Shown here: positions 29,899 to 38,995 of the stretch, in pieces
How the letters are laid out: each line of letters starts with the position of its first letter
Numbering within the stretch: the stretch's first letter is position 1
Assembly (NCBI GenBank): GCA_964458565.1
Contig: CAYWJO010000004.1
Coordinates: 32,001-96,000, forward strand
Direction: 5' to 3'
From: an uncultured archaeon
GTDB taxonomy: Archaea > Asgardarchaeota > Thorarchaeia > Thorarchaeales > Thorarchaeaceae
Length of the DNA stretch: 64,000 nucleotides
Notes under the pieces: generated by a model
Told to the model about the DNA's origin: nothing
Seen by the model: only the letters and a program-made list of their open reading frames with translations
Databases searched by the model: none
Position numbers and translations under genes: made by a program

Positions 29899-31491
29899 AT
29901 GACTAAGACCACTTTTACATTTCAAGAACTAAAGAGAACCAATCATCAAGAAATTAAAGAAATGCAGGAGCGCAAATTCAGAGCCTTTATTCGTTATCAG
30001 GTGTGGCCAAATCATGCTTACTACAGGCGATTATTCAAGGAGAACAATATAGACCCCTTTAACATTACAAAAATTGAGGATTGGGCGAAATACAATATTC
30101 CGCTCGTTAGGAAGATAGATTACAAAGACCACCTAACTGAATTTGTTTTAAACCCATCCCAGGTAGATGGTGCTGATAGGCCTCCAGCTGAAATAATGAC
30201 CAACATGATGAAATATTCTAAAGAATCAGGTAATTCTGAGCAATACAAATTCATTCGAAATAATGGGGCTAAAGTCAAACTAAAGATTGGTGCATCCGCA
30301 GCAACAGAACGTTTGAAGGAGCGATTGACGTATAATTACTCTCCTCTTCAGTTTTGGTTGAGCTCAGGCCGGTCATCTGGTTTACCTTCACCAGTATTTC
30401 TTACAAGATATGATAATGAGCTATTGGAGAAGAATAGTGTAAAGTGTGGTCAACTTGCAGTTGATCCATTTATTGAAAGTGACTGGGAAGTATCAAGTAT
30501 GAATCTCTTCCCATATGCTCCTCATTTAGGTTGGCATGCAGTCAATGTTGGGCTCAAACAACTAAGTAAATTCTATACAGCTACAAGTGCAGGAGGTGCA
30601 ATACCGACTGAAAAATTAGTTGAACTTGCAAAGGCTTTCAAAGTTAATGCTTTTGCAGGAATGCCTAGTTACATGAGAAATCGCTTCTTTAGGGAAATGC
30701 GAGAAGCTGATTATGAGGCTCCTGAGAAAGTAGTTGTACTATTGGCTGGTGAAAAGATCTATCCACGTGTTGCTGATGATATTCGTGAGATTCTATTCGA
30801 GAAAGGATCTAAAGAAGTTCAGCTTGTCGGTGGTTATGCCTCTTCTGAAAGCAAGGTATCATTTGCGGTTCAGTGTAAGTATGAAGGTCCATACCATAAT
30901 CTCTCTCCACTAATGATGAGTTGGGAGTTTGTCAAATTCAATTCTGACGGAACTTACGATTTTTGTGATGAAGATGAAGAGGGTCATGTAACTCTTTTCC
31001 ATCTAGATAGTTGCGGTACTATTTTTGAAGGATTTCTCCTTGGAGATGTTGCCCAACGTCATGAAGCTGGTAAGTGTCCACACTGCGGAATGGATGGACT
31101 CTTCTTCTGGGATGTTGGAAGAACAAATGACGCTCTAGCACAAATGGAAATCATGGGATTGAGTGAAAAGAAAATTAAAGGTTCTACTGTGAATCTCTCA
31201 GCTTTGAGAACTGACCTGCTTGCTTTAGGAGAAATTGAAGAAGTACAAATAGAGGTGGCAAAGGAAGATATGAAAGATCCATATAGTATGGATGTTCTCA
31301 ATCTCCATGTGGCACCAAAGGGGTCTCCAGATGGAAATTATGCGTCCCTCATTCTTGAGATTCAGAGGATAACCAAGAATAGTACCGAAGTTACTCCCTA
31401 CGTATTCATCATTGGTTTTGAAGAACTTCTTGATAAAGCGGGTGGTATGAAATTCATGGAAGTATCTGATGTCAGACCAAAGCCTGCATAA
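29899..31491 (+). CDS. Phenylacetate-CoA ligase (PaaK)-like adenylate-forming enzyme
   Basis: YYRRLF, SSGRSSGLP P-loop, G.PSY, AGE, GGYASSE, GD and IKGSTV motifs. Confidence 0.8.
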   Translation: MTKTTFTFQELKRTNHQEIKEMQERKFRAFIRYQVWPNHAYYRRLFKENNIDPFNITKIEDWAKYNIPLVRKIDYKDHLTEFVLNPSQVDGADRPPAEIMTNMMKYSKESGNSEQYKFIRNNGAKVKLKIGASAATERLKERLTYNYSPLQFWLSSGRSSGLPSPVFLTRYDNELLEKNSVKCGQLAVDPFIESDWEVSSMNLFPYAPHLGWHAVNVGLKQLSKFYTATSAGGAIPTEKLVELAKAFKVNAFAGMPSYMRNRFFREMREADYEAPEKVVVLLAGEKIYPRVADDIREILFEKGSKEVQLVGGYASSESKVSFAVQCKYEGPYHNLSPLMMSWEFVKFNSDGTYDFCDEDEEGHVTLFHLDSCGTIFEGFLLGDVAQRHEAGKCPHCGMDGLFFWDVGRTNDALAQMEIMGLSEKKIKGSTVNLSALRTDLLALGEIEEVQIEVAKEDMKDPYSMDVLNLHVAPKGSPDGNYASLILEIQRITKNSTEVTPYVFIIGFEELLDKAGGMKFMEVSDVRPKPA

Positions 31492-31518
31492 GGGTAAGAA
31501 TTCAGTATCGTGACATAG

Positions 31519-32394
31519 GTGAAAGAAATGGCAATGGAAGAGGCTACGCAATCCACAGATGATGGTATGCTATATCGTTCTGGTGCGATTGAATTACTCG
31601 GTAGGTCCTTGACAGTCTGGTATCGTGGACTATCAAGATTCATAATACTATTTGGACTTGGAATGATGTCTCTATCTTTTGTGATTAGTGCATTACTTTC
31701 GTATATTTTTCTTAATCCCGAACTAATATATTTCACAAGTTTTGACGGATTCGGATTTGTATTGAGAATTCCTGCTTATTCAGATTTGATTATCTTCAAT
31801 GTAATTGTGCTTTTATTCTCAACAGTCATCATGGGTATTATTGAAGCCCCCACAACAAAATTCACCCTTGATTTATACGAACAGAATACTCCTGAAGTTG
31901 ACAAAGCAATTGTCGAATCGAAGCCCAAAATAGGCGCTTTCATTCGTTTTCGATTGATTGTTATCCTTATAGAACTTGCATTTATACTCCCCATTCTATT
32001 CATCCTTCTTTTTGGTTATAGTATAGGGGACTTGAACCTGATTATAACTGGGGAAACAATGTCTCTAATGCTTGTCTTCATTGTCGGATATATTCATGTG
32101 CGATTCATTCCAGCTGCTCCTATTATCCTACGAGAAAATCTTTCCATTAGAGATGCAATTCAGCGTTGTTTCGATCTCACTAGCGGTCAGTTCATGCATA
32201 TTGCAATCGGATTTCTAGGTTTGGTTTTCTTTGAATTCATGATATTCTTCTTCATTGTGAATATCTTCTCGATATTTGGAACCAGCTATATTGCTATTCT
32301 TCTTCCATTCAATGTTTCTTTGCTTCTCTTCGCTGTACTACGACCGATATTTAGTGTAGTTGTATATAGGGATTTACTCTCTAGAGTAAAATGA
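31519..32394 (+). CDS. Membrane protein (GDPD membrane-anchor-like)
   Basis: About six TM segments; AIQRCFDLTSG.F and C-terminal YRDL patterns. Confidence 0.7.
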   Translation: MKEMAMEEATQSTDDGMLYRSGAIELLGRSLTVWYRGLSRFIILFGLGMMSLSFVISALLSYIFLNPELIYFTSFDGFGFVLRIPAYSDLIIFNVIVLLFSTVIMGIIEAPTTKFTLDLYEQNTPEVDKAIVESKPKIGAFIRFRLIVILIELAFILPILFILLFGYSIGDLNLIITGETMSLMLVFIVGYIHVRFIPAAPIILRENLSIRDAIQRCFDLTSGQFMHIAIGFLGLVFFEFMIFFFIVNIFSIFGTSYIAILLPFNVSLLLFAVLRPIFSVVVYRDLLSRVK

Positions 32395-32432
32395 AAAGAA
32401 ATGAAAGGTGCCTGACCTGTTTCCTGGCACCT
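32388..32432 (-). terminator. Hairpin + U-tract terminator of the 32439-33770 gene
   Basis: AGGTGCC (32406-12)/GGCACCT (32426-32) inverted repeat, with an A-rich tract on the plus strand. Confidence 0.5.
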
Positions 32433-32438
32433 CTCCAT

Positions 32439-33770
32439 TCATTTGAGTCCATGTTTCTTAAGGAATTCACCTAATACATCATCAAGGTTAGGTCGTCCAA
32501 TCTCCTGCAAATCATATCTGACTCGTATACTTGGTTTTTTAATATCAATAAGACGTGCAAGATCAATAGGTGTACCAATCACAACAGCATCGACATCTGC
32601 ATTATTGATTGTTTCTTCAAGTTCTTTCATCTGTTTCTTGCCATATCCCATCGCTGGAAGAACATCCTCTAGGTGGTAATATTTCTCAAATGTAACCTCG
32701 ATACTACCAACAGCATAAGGTCTTGGGTCCACTATTATTGCACCCGCTTTTCGTGCGGCTATGTAACCTGCACCATAAGGCATACCACCATGAGTAACGG
32801 TTGGTCCATCTTCAACAACGATAACTCTCTTTCCTCTAATTGTGTTCATTTTCTCAATTCCCAGAGGTGAAGCAGCATCGATAATCGTTGCAGATGGGTT
32901 AGCCTCCATGATGTTCTCACGAACCATCTCCACATCCTCATAGTCCGCAGTATCAATCTTGTTGATAATAACCACATCTGCCATTCTTAGATTTGTTTCA
33001 CCAGGATAGTAGGATATTTCATGACCTGGTCTGTGCGGATCTGTGATGACAATGAGCAAATCCGGTCTATAAAATGGAAAATCGTTGTTTCCACCATCCC
33101 ATGTGATTATATCTGCTTCCTGTTCCGCTTGCTCTAATATTCTACCATAATCAACACCCGCATAGAGGATAACCCCCATGTTGATCATCGGTTCGTATTC
33201 CTCTCTCTCTTCAATGGTGCACTTGTATTTGTCCATATCTTCAAGGGTAGCATATCTTTGAGCAATCTGAGTAGTTAAATCTGGGTCATATGGCATCGGA
33301 TGCCTAATATTTACTGGTTTCAGTCCCATTTTTACCAGAATTTCGTTGACGCGTCGGGATGTTTGGCTCTTACCGCATCCGGTTCTCACAGCACAAACTG
33401 CAATCACTGGTTTGTTGCTTTTTATCATTGTAGTATCAGGACCCATCAAACGAATGTCAGGACCTATTGAATTGACCCATGCAATTTTACCTCCTACTGT
33501 GTCGTAGGAAAGGTCTGAGTATGCTAGTATGCATTGCTCAACTCCAAACTTTTCTACTAATTCAGGTAATCTCTCTTCAGGGTAGATCTTTATTCCATCA
33601 GGGTACAGCTTACCTGAGAGTTCAGGTGGGTACATCCTATCCTCAATACCAGGAATTTGCTCAGCTGTAAAAGCAACGACCTCATAGTCTTCATTATCTC
33701 TAAAGTATGTATTGAAGTTATGAAAATCTCTGCCAGCAGCTCCCATTATGATTACTTTCTTACGAGTCAT
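32439..33770 (-). CDS. COG2403 P-loop protein (cyclic-2,3-diphosphoglycerate-synthetase-related; probable arginine synthetase ArcE type)
   Basis: GAAGRDFHNFN N-terminus, AVRTGCGKS P-loop, RHPMPY, TIEEREEYE, WDGGNND, EDGPT.THGGM and LPAMGY motifs. Confidence 0.85.
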   Translation of the reverse strand: MTRKKVIIMGAAGRDFHNFNTYFRDNEDYEVVAFTAEQIPGIEDRMYPPELSGKLYPDGIKIYPEERLPELVEKFGVEQCILAYSDLSYDTVGGKIAWVNSIGPDIRLMGPDTTMIKSNKPVIAVCAVRTGCGKSQTSRRVNEILVKMGLKPVNIRHPMPYDPDLTTQIAQRYATLEDMDKYKCTIEEREEYEPMINMGVILYAGVDYGRILEQAEQEADIITWDGGNNDFPFYRPDLLIVITDPHRPGHEISYYPGETNLRMADVVIINKIDTADYEDVEMVRENIMEANPSATIIDAASPLGIEKMNTIRGKRVIVVEDGPTVTHGGMPYGAGYIAARKAGAIIVDPRPYAVGSIEVTFEKYYHLEDVLPAMGYGKKQMKELEETINNADVDAVVIGTPIDLARLIDIKKPSIRVRYDLQEIGRPNLDDVLGEFLKKHGLK

Positions 33771-34028
33771 TTACATATCCTGTCCTACTCAATGGATTTT
33801 GACATCACACACTGCCCCAATGAGGCACGATATAAAATGGTCGGTACGAACAGTCCGAATTCAATTGTTCGATTTTAAGAAAAAGTCTCCAAATAATGTT
33901 AATTCGCGTTATCTGATTCCTTTATCGAAAAATCGCAATGCAACACAAACATCTAAATAGGACCTATACGTATTGAAAGGAGATGCGCCTAACACAGGTC
34001 ATCTGTAGCGCTATGCTGGGGTGCTCAA

Positions 34029-34580
34029 GTGAAACTGGTCAAACTTGCCGGGGAGGCTATTCGTCTATTACGTGAGAGTGGGTCTGAAGGAATTCGCAGT
34101 GACGAACTCGCAGAAGCACTAGGAACACCAAAGCGAAGAGTCTATGATATTATTGCTATTCTGAGAGCACTAGGGAATATTCGCACAACACGACGGTATA
34201 ATGGTACCACGATATCCTGGATTGACCGATTCAGAAACTTCGTTCCTAAGGATAGTTATGATGATATAAAACAACAACTCGAAACAGAACGAGAGACCAG
34301 AAAAGGATTGCAGGTGCAAGTTGTTGAATTAAAAGAGCAGCTTAGAGTCACCAGACTAAAAATTCGTCGTGATGTTGAAGCAATTGAAACAATGGAAAAA
34401 ACTGAATTCAACACCTGCCAAATAAAAGTGCGTCCTCTATCAAGAAATGGATTCAAACGAGTGAAGGACTCCGGTATGGAAGTCATTATCGAAACAACCG
34501 AACCTGGTATGATTGTTGATCCAACTGAAGAGGAGATTGATGAGACGGAGGATTTGTTGAAAAGCATCCAAAGGCTATAG
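34029..34580 (+). CDS. E2F/DP-like winged-helix transcription factor with coiled coil
   Basis: KRRVYDII recognition helix, LG.I and ISW, followed by a heptad coiled coil and a beta-rich, acidic C-terminus. Confidence 0.72.
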   Translation: MKLVKLAGEAIRLLRESGSEGIRSDELAEALGTPKRRVYDIIAILRALGNIRTTRRYNGTTISWIDRFRNFVPKDSYDDIKQQLETERETRKGLQVQVVELKEQLRVTRLKIRRDVEAIETMEKTEFNTCQIKVRPLSRNGFKRVKDSGMEVIIETTEPGMIVDPTEEEIDETEDLLKSIQRL

Positions 34581-34587
34581 CAGTCTT

Positions 34588-34974
34588 CTAAACCTTTTTC
34601 CGAATTATAACTTTACTACCTCTTCTAATATCTGAGAGTGTATCTAATTCTTCACAGCTTACCACCTTGCCAATGATATTCACTTGACTAAATGTCTGCA
34701 TATCTTGTACATAGATACACAAGGAATCCCCCAGGGGCATATATGCTATATCTCCTTTTTTCACCTTGTTAGTTGGTTTGAGATTTCCTCGATTAATACC
34801 AAGAGTAATCTTCATTTCACCTCGAAGAAAGGCGGACCTACCTACAATAGGTAATACTGCTTTGATATCTTCCACAATCATTGGTCCTAGAACTCTATCA
34901 AGCACAGCTTCTAGCATCAGAGCCCCATCAAAATCTAGTACAAGTGGTACATCACTCTCAAGCATTTCACTCAC
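34588..34974 (-). CDS. Cyclophilin-like fold protein (DUF369/TM1367-like)
   Basis: P..V..I...LP, V.KGDIAY.PLG..LCI and VNIIGKV patterns. Confidence 0.75.
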   Translation of the reverse strand: MSEMLESDVPLVLDFDGALMLEAVLDRVLGPMIVEDIKAVLPIVGRSAFLRGEMKITLGINRGNLKPTNKVKKGDIAYMPLGDSLCIYVQDMQTFSQVNIIGKVVSCEELDTLSDIRRGSKVIIRKKV

Positions 34975-35092
34975 AAGAAATCAAATAACATTCACCCACT
35001 TATGTTCTATGTTGAATCTTCGGCAAAACCTTAACTGTACTCAAACTGCTTCATATCATAAGTAAGACCGTTTCTTAAAGGGTGCATTTGAT

Positions 35093-36223
35093 TTGATGGA
35101 TAAGCTTGATGTTGCATTTGTTGTTGATACAACAGGATCTATGAAGGACGATATCAATGCGGTTAGGGATTCACTATTCGAAATTGTTAGTCAAATCACC
35201 GCGAAAACTATAGGGCTGTCAATCCGTTTTGGAATTGTATCGTATAGAGATCATCCTCCTCAGGATCGTACGTATGTAACAAGGACTTTTGATTTCACAG
35301 AAGACATCAAACGAGTGCACAAGGAAATAAGTCATCTAAATCCCTCTGAAGGTGGGGATACTCCTGAAGCTGTTGCTGATGCACTTCATGATGCCCGTGA
35401 AGAAATGTCTTGGGGACCAGATGCATACAAAGTCCTTCTACTGGTAGGAGATGCTCCACCTCATGGCCGACAATATTGTCGATTGGAGGATGATTATTTT
35501 CCTAATGGTTGTCCAAAAGGATTTGATCCTATTCAAGAATTGCAGGAGCTTAAGAGCGAACATGGGGGTACAGTTTTCATCTTTGTTTGCGGATGCAATC
35601 CACTCGTGGAGGAATCTTTTAGAAGAATTGCATCTTCGGTAGAAGATGGGAGATACTATTCACTTTTAGAGGCACATGAATTACCTACGGCGATATTAGA
35701 GATTCTGAAAGGTGTAGGTGATTTAATTGAGTTAGATCGTAAGGTCCTCCAATACTACACGAAACAAGATGGATTATTCAGTGTACCTGAAGGGGCCGAT
35801 GAATTAGGCATAACGGTGCGAGATATGAAAACCTCAATATCACGACTTATTGAAATGGAGCGTATTCCCAGATGGCCACGCGGCCGTCCTCTATCCTCCG
35901 ACAATAACGACTTGAAGGCTGCTCTGGGGGAGATTCCTGATGCTCTAATAGCTGGAAAAGCTGTTAATTATCGCATCAAGATTCGAAATGAAGGTCAAAT
36001 CACTGCCAATGTTCGTGTCCTTGTTTCATTGATTTCTTCGGATGGGATTTCCGAGGTCATAAACGAATTACATGAAATAGCACCAGATAGTTCGCAAACA
36101 CTGTCCCTTCGCCTTATTCCTATGGTTGATACACCAGGTCGTGCAAGTATCAGAGTTGAAGTACTATATGGATCAAAGACAATAGAATCTCAAATCTATG
36201 AAACAAGAATATTCACATCTTAG
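35093..36223 (+). CDS. vWA-domain protein with C-terminal wHTH and Ig-like domains
   Basis: DTTGSM MIDAS, YRDHPPQD, GGDTPEA and GDAPPHG motifs; then an HTH-like segment (GADELGITVRDMKTSISRL) and a beta-sandwich. Confidence 0.85.
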   Translation: MMDKLDVAFVVDTTGSMKDDINAVRDSLFEIVSQITAKTIGLSIRFGIVSYRDHPPQDRTYVTRTFDFTEDIKRVHKEISHLNPSEGGDTPEAVADALHDAREEMSWGPDAYKVLLLVGDAPPHGRQYCRLEDDYFPNGCPKGFDPIQELQELKSEHGGTVFIFVCGCNPLVEESFRRIASSVEDGRYYSLLEAHELPTAILEILKGVGDLIELDRKVLQYYTKQDGLFSVPEGADELGITVRDMKTSISRLIEMERIPRWPRGRPLSSDNNDLKAALGEIPDALIAGKAVNYRIKIRNEGQITANVRVLVSLISSDGISEVINELHEIAPDSSQTLSLRLIPMVDTPGRASIRVEVLYGSKTIESQIYETRIFTS

Positions 36224-36229
36224 ATCATA

Positions 36230-38875
36230 TTATTTCTGCTCAACTGATGTTGGGATTAATGATTCTATCGCGCTTACTAGGTATCCCAGAAATTGAAAAT
36301 GGAAATATCTCTCAAGTGAATAGATTCTACTTCTAATACTCCTATGTAGATTTTTATATTCATCTACATTAAATTCAGAGCCGATTCCGAATACATCCAA
36401 TGCATATCTTTCATGGTTTCCAATCGCACGAAGATACCCTTCCATCTCTTCAGAACTCTCAATTCCTCCATCTGAAAAAAGCAATATCAAGGTGGGACGC
36501 TCAGCACCCAGATCCTCAAGGTATTCAGCAATTGCCCGGTATGCATTAGATTCATTCTCTTTTTCTAAATCACCTTTTGTTGTGTCAAGAAGTGTATAGA
36601 CAAGAGATGTTAATACTTCGTCTGAAGAAATATCATTGTCAAAATCTATAAAATTCTGTACTTCGTTTCCCTTTTGAACTGAAAATTTTGAAAGGTTGTC
36701 TCCATTTAAAACCAAGCCTAATTTGCCTTCCGTCCTATTCATCATCACAAAATTGAGAATAAGTAGAACATTAATAATCGCACATTGTCGTCTTGTTATT
36801 GTTTTGTCCAATGAATCAATGAATCTGCTAATCTCTGGCACAATTTCAGAGATACTATCTAATGATTCTGTAAGTGAACTAAAATCATCGATGGTGATAT
36901 CCGTGTTGTCTAAATTCCGGCCCATCGAAATACAAAGGATGATGTTGAAATCCCGCAGGGATTGAGCTGGTCTAATTTGGATAGTACCAGTGATTATCCC
37001 CACCTCTCCTAAACCTAATTCTGGTGTTGATGAACTAATTACACATTTCATTTCTGGATCATGTTCAAGAGGACGTACAGCACTATTCCTACCAATATAC
37101 AAATTTTGTAAGAACTCCTGAATTTCAGACCTATGCAGATGCAGATATGAGATGATTTCAAATCCCGATCTAAGTGGTATCTGTTCAAAGGAGAAAACCG
37201 ACTGCTCTAATCGTGTGACTTCCGAATCATATTTGACCAAGTCCACCTGTTTGTCAACAAGGTCGAACGCATGTGCATCCTTTTTGGAAACCAAGACGCT
37301 TTTCTTTATACATGATGAATTCGTGTTGATATTACCTGCGCACCATTGACCAGATTCTGGATTCATTGCTAATACTAAGTCGTCTTCTATTAGCCCTGTC
37401 GCTCTGAGGTCCTCTGGACAAATTTGCAATGTGTTTCTCCTAATCTCCTCAGGTACAACAGCGAAATGAAGTGCTGAGACAATATCTTGCGCTTCTTTTA
37501 CTTGTAGTATTTTCAATAATTCTTGAGTATAAGCTGATAGATGCGATGGTGAGTCAAATGTATGTCCTGAGGTTGTTGTTGCAGCTTTAATCAGCGTGGT
37601 CATTACTTCAGATGTTCTCGATATTAATGAATCAGTAAATGTGCGACGCCATCCAGTTAACCTCAGTGTTTGGTCTCGATCAATATAAAGAGCAGTTGAA
37701 ATTAATGACTTTGACTTATTATCTTGAAGTGTTACAATGAGACTATTCAAATCAATGTAATCATCATCTGTTGCAATTAAATGATCACATGAAACAATAT
37801 GCTTGATATTCTGTGATGCGAGTACCTGTAGTATTCTTTGAAAATCTCCTAATGCAGAGCGACCTAAATTACCCTCAGCTGTAACTGATATATCATTTTC
37901 AATATAATGCATTGAATTAGGTCTTATCGGCAATCTTCGCAGAATGTTCGTACCTAGAATGCGTTGTATATCTTGAGGTCTAGCATTTAATTTTCGACTC
38001 AGTAAGTAGCTAAGTACTTCAGATATACTATTTCCCATTGCTGTATTGGGATATCCGGATGCAAAAACAATTCTTGTTGACCATTCATCACCTTGTGTTC
38101 GTTTGAGATAGTTGATAAGAGTTGAAAGAGACGATAGAGTACTTCCAGAAGTTAACACTCGACTATTTGGGATATCGACTAGTTTTACTATATCGTTCCC
38201 CCAAGACCGATGATCCGTTGTGGATAGGAATAATTCTGGTGAAGGGAGTCCTCCGTCTTTCACAGAGATTAACCAAGAAAGAAGGATATCAAGATCATCT
38301 CGGGATTCCAAATTTACAAATATGGGATATTTCGATTGAATGTGATTTATGAGATAGCTTCGCATGGTACTATCCATTAAATTTTCGAGATCACGCGAAT
38401 CACATGAACATGCCCAACCTGGTTTTGATATTGCGTCCAATCGCATATCTTGAACATGGTAAAATCTTGGTGAGTGAGGTGGACACATCGCCCATTCATA
38501 AGCCAAGTTTATATTATTCTGACGCTGTGATTTTGGTAATAGTGTGGTTCCGATGTTGAATAGTGGGTGGGTAAGGTAATAATCAATGAACCATCCAATA
38601 TCCAAAGCATTTGACAGAGTTCTATAGATATCTCCTAGAATAGGTGGTTTCTTGAGGTATTCATACGCCCGTCTGGGTATATATCTGAATGCGGTAGCGT
38701 ATGTACCAACGTAATCGAAAAGGCGATTTTCAACTCTATTGATATACATCAAGAGCTTCTCAGGACCAAACGACCTAGTTTGGTCCCCAATATGAATCTC
38801 ACCAAGGTTGACAACTGCATCAATTAAAACGAACCTTCTGATATCTCCAGTTTCTGAATCCTCGGCGACCAACAT
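36230..38875 (-). CDS. Fusion of degenerate amidohydrolase + CDC48-N-like double-psi barrel + degenerate vWA
   Basis: Visible paralogy to both 38996-40498 and 40545-41834; metal ligands lost (DAVVN, FASGY, CISMG). Confidence 0.72.
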   Translation of the reverse strand: MLVAEDSETGDIRRFVLIDAVVNLGEIHIGDQTRSFGPEKLLMYINRVENRLFDYVGTYATAFRYIPRRAYEYLKKPPILGDIYRTLSNALDIGWFIDYYLTHPLFNIGTTLLPKSQRQNNINLAYEWAMCPPHSPRFYHVQDMRLDAISKPGWACSCDSRDLENLMDSTMRSYLINHIQSKYPIFVNLESRDDLDILLSWLISVKDGGLPSPELFLSTTDHRSWGNDIVKLVDIPNSRVLTSGSTLSSLSTLINYLKRTQGDEWSTRIVFASGYPNTAMGNSISEVLSYLLSRKLNARPQDIQRILGTNILRRLPIRPNSMHYIENDISVTAEGNLGRSALGDFQRILQVLASQNIKHIVSCDHLIATDDDYIDLNSLIVTLQDNKSKSLISTALYIDRDQTLRLTGWRRTFTDSLISRTSEVMTTLIKAATTTSGHTFDSPSHLSAYTQELLKILQVKEAQDIVSALHFAVVPEEIRRNTLQICPEDLRATGLIEDDLVLAMNPESGQWCAGNINTNSSCIKKSVLVSKKDAHAFDLVDKQVDLVKYDSEVTRLEQSVFSFEQIPLRSGFEIISYLHLHRSEIQEFLQNLYIGRNSAVRPLEHDPEMKCVISSSTPELGLGEVGIITGTIQIRPAQSLRDFNIILCISMGRNLDNTDITIDDFSSLTESLDSISEIVPEISRFIDSLDKTITRRQCAIINVLLILNFVMMNRTEGKLGLVLNGDNLSKFSVQKGNEVQNFIDFDNDISSDEVLTSLVYTLLDTTKGDLEKENESNAYRAIAEYLEDLGAERPTLILLFSDGGIESSEEMEGYLRAIGNHERYALDVFGIGSEFNVDEYKNLHRSIRSRIYSLERYFHFQFLGYLVSAIESLIPTSVEQK

Positions 38876-38995
38876 GATGGATTGCTCAATATTGATTTTT
38901 CTTGTATGAATATATGCCTGATGCGCATGTTATAACTTATTTTGAGGAAAGTTTTTTGGCAAATATACTCTCATATTTTCTTGGAGCACATCTGG

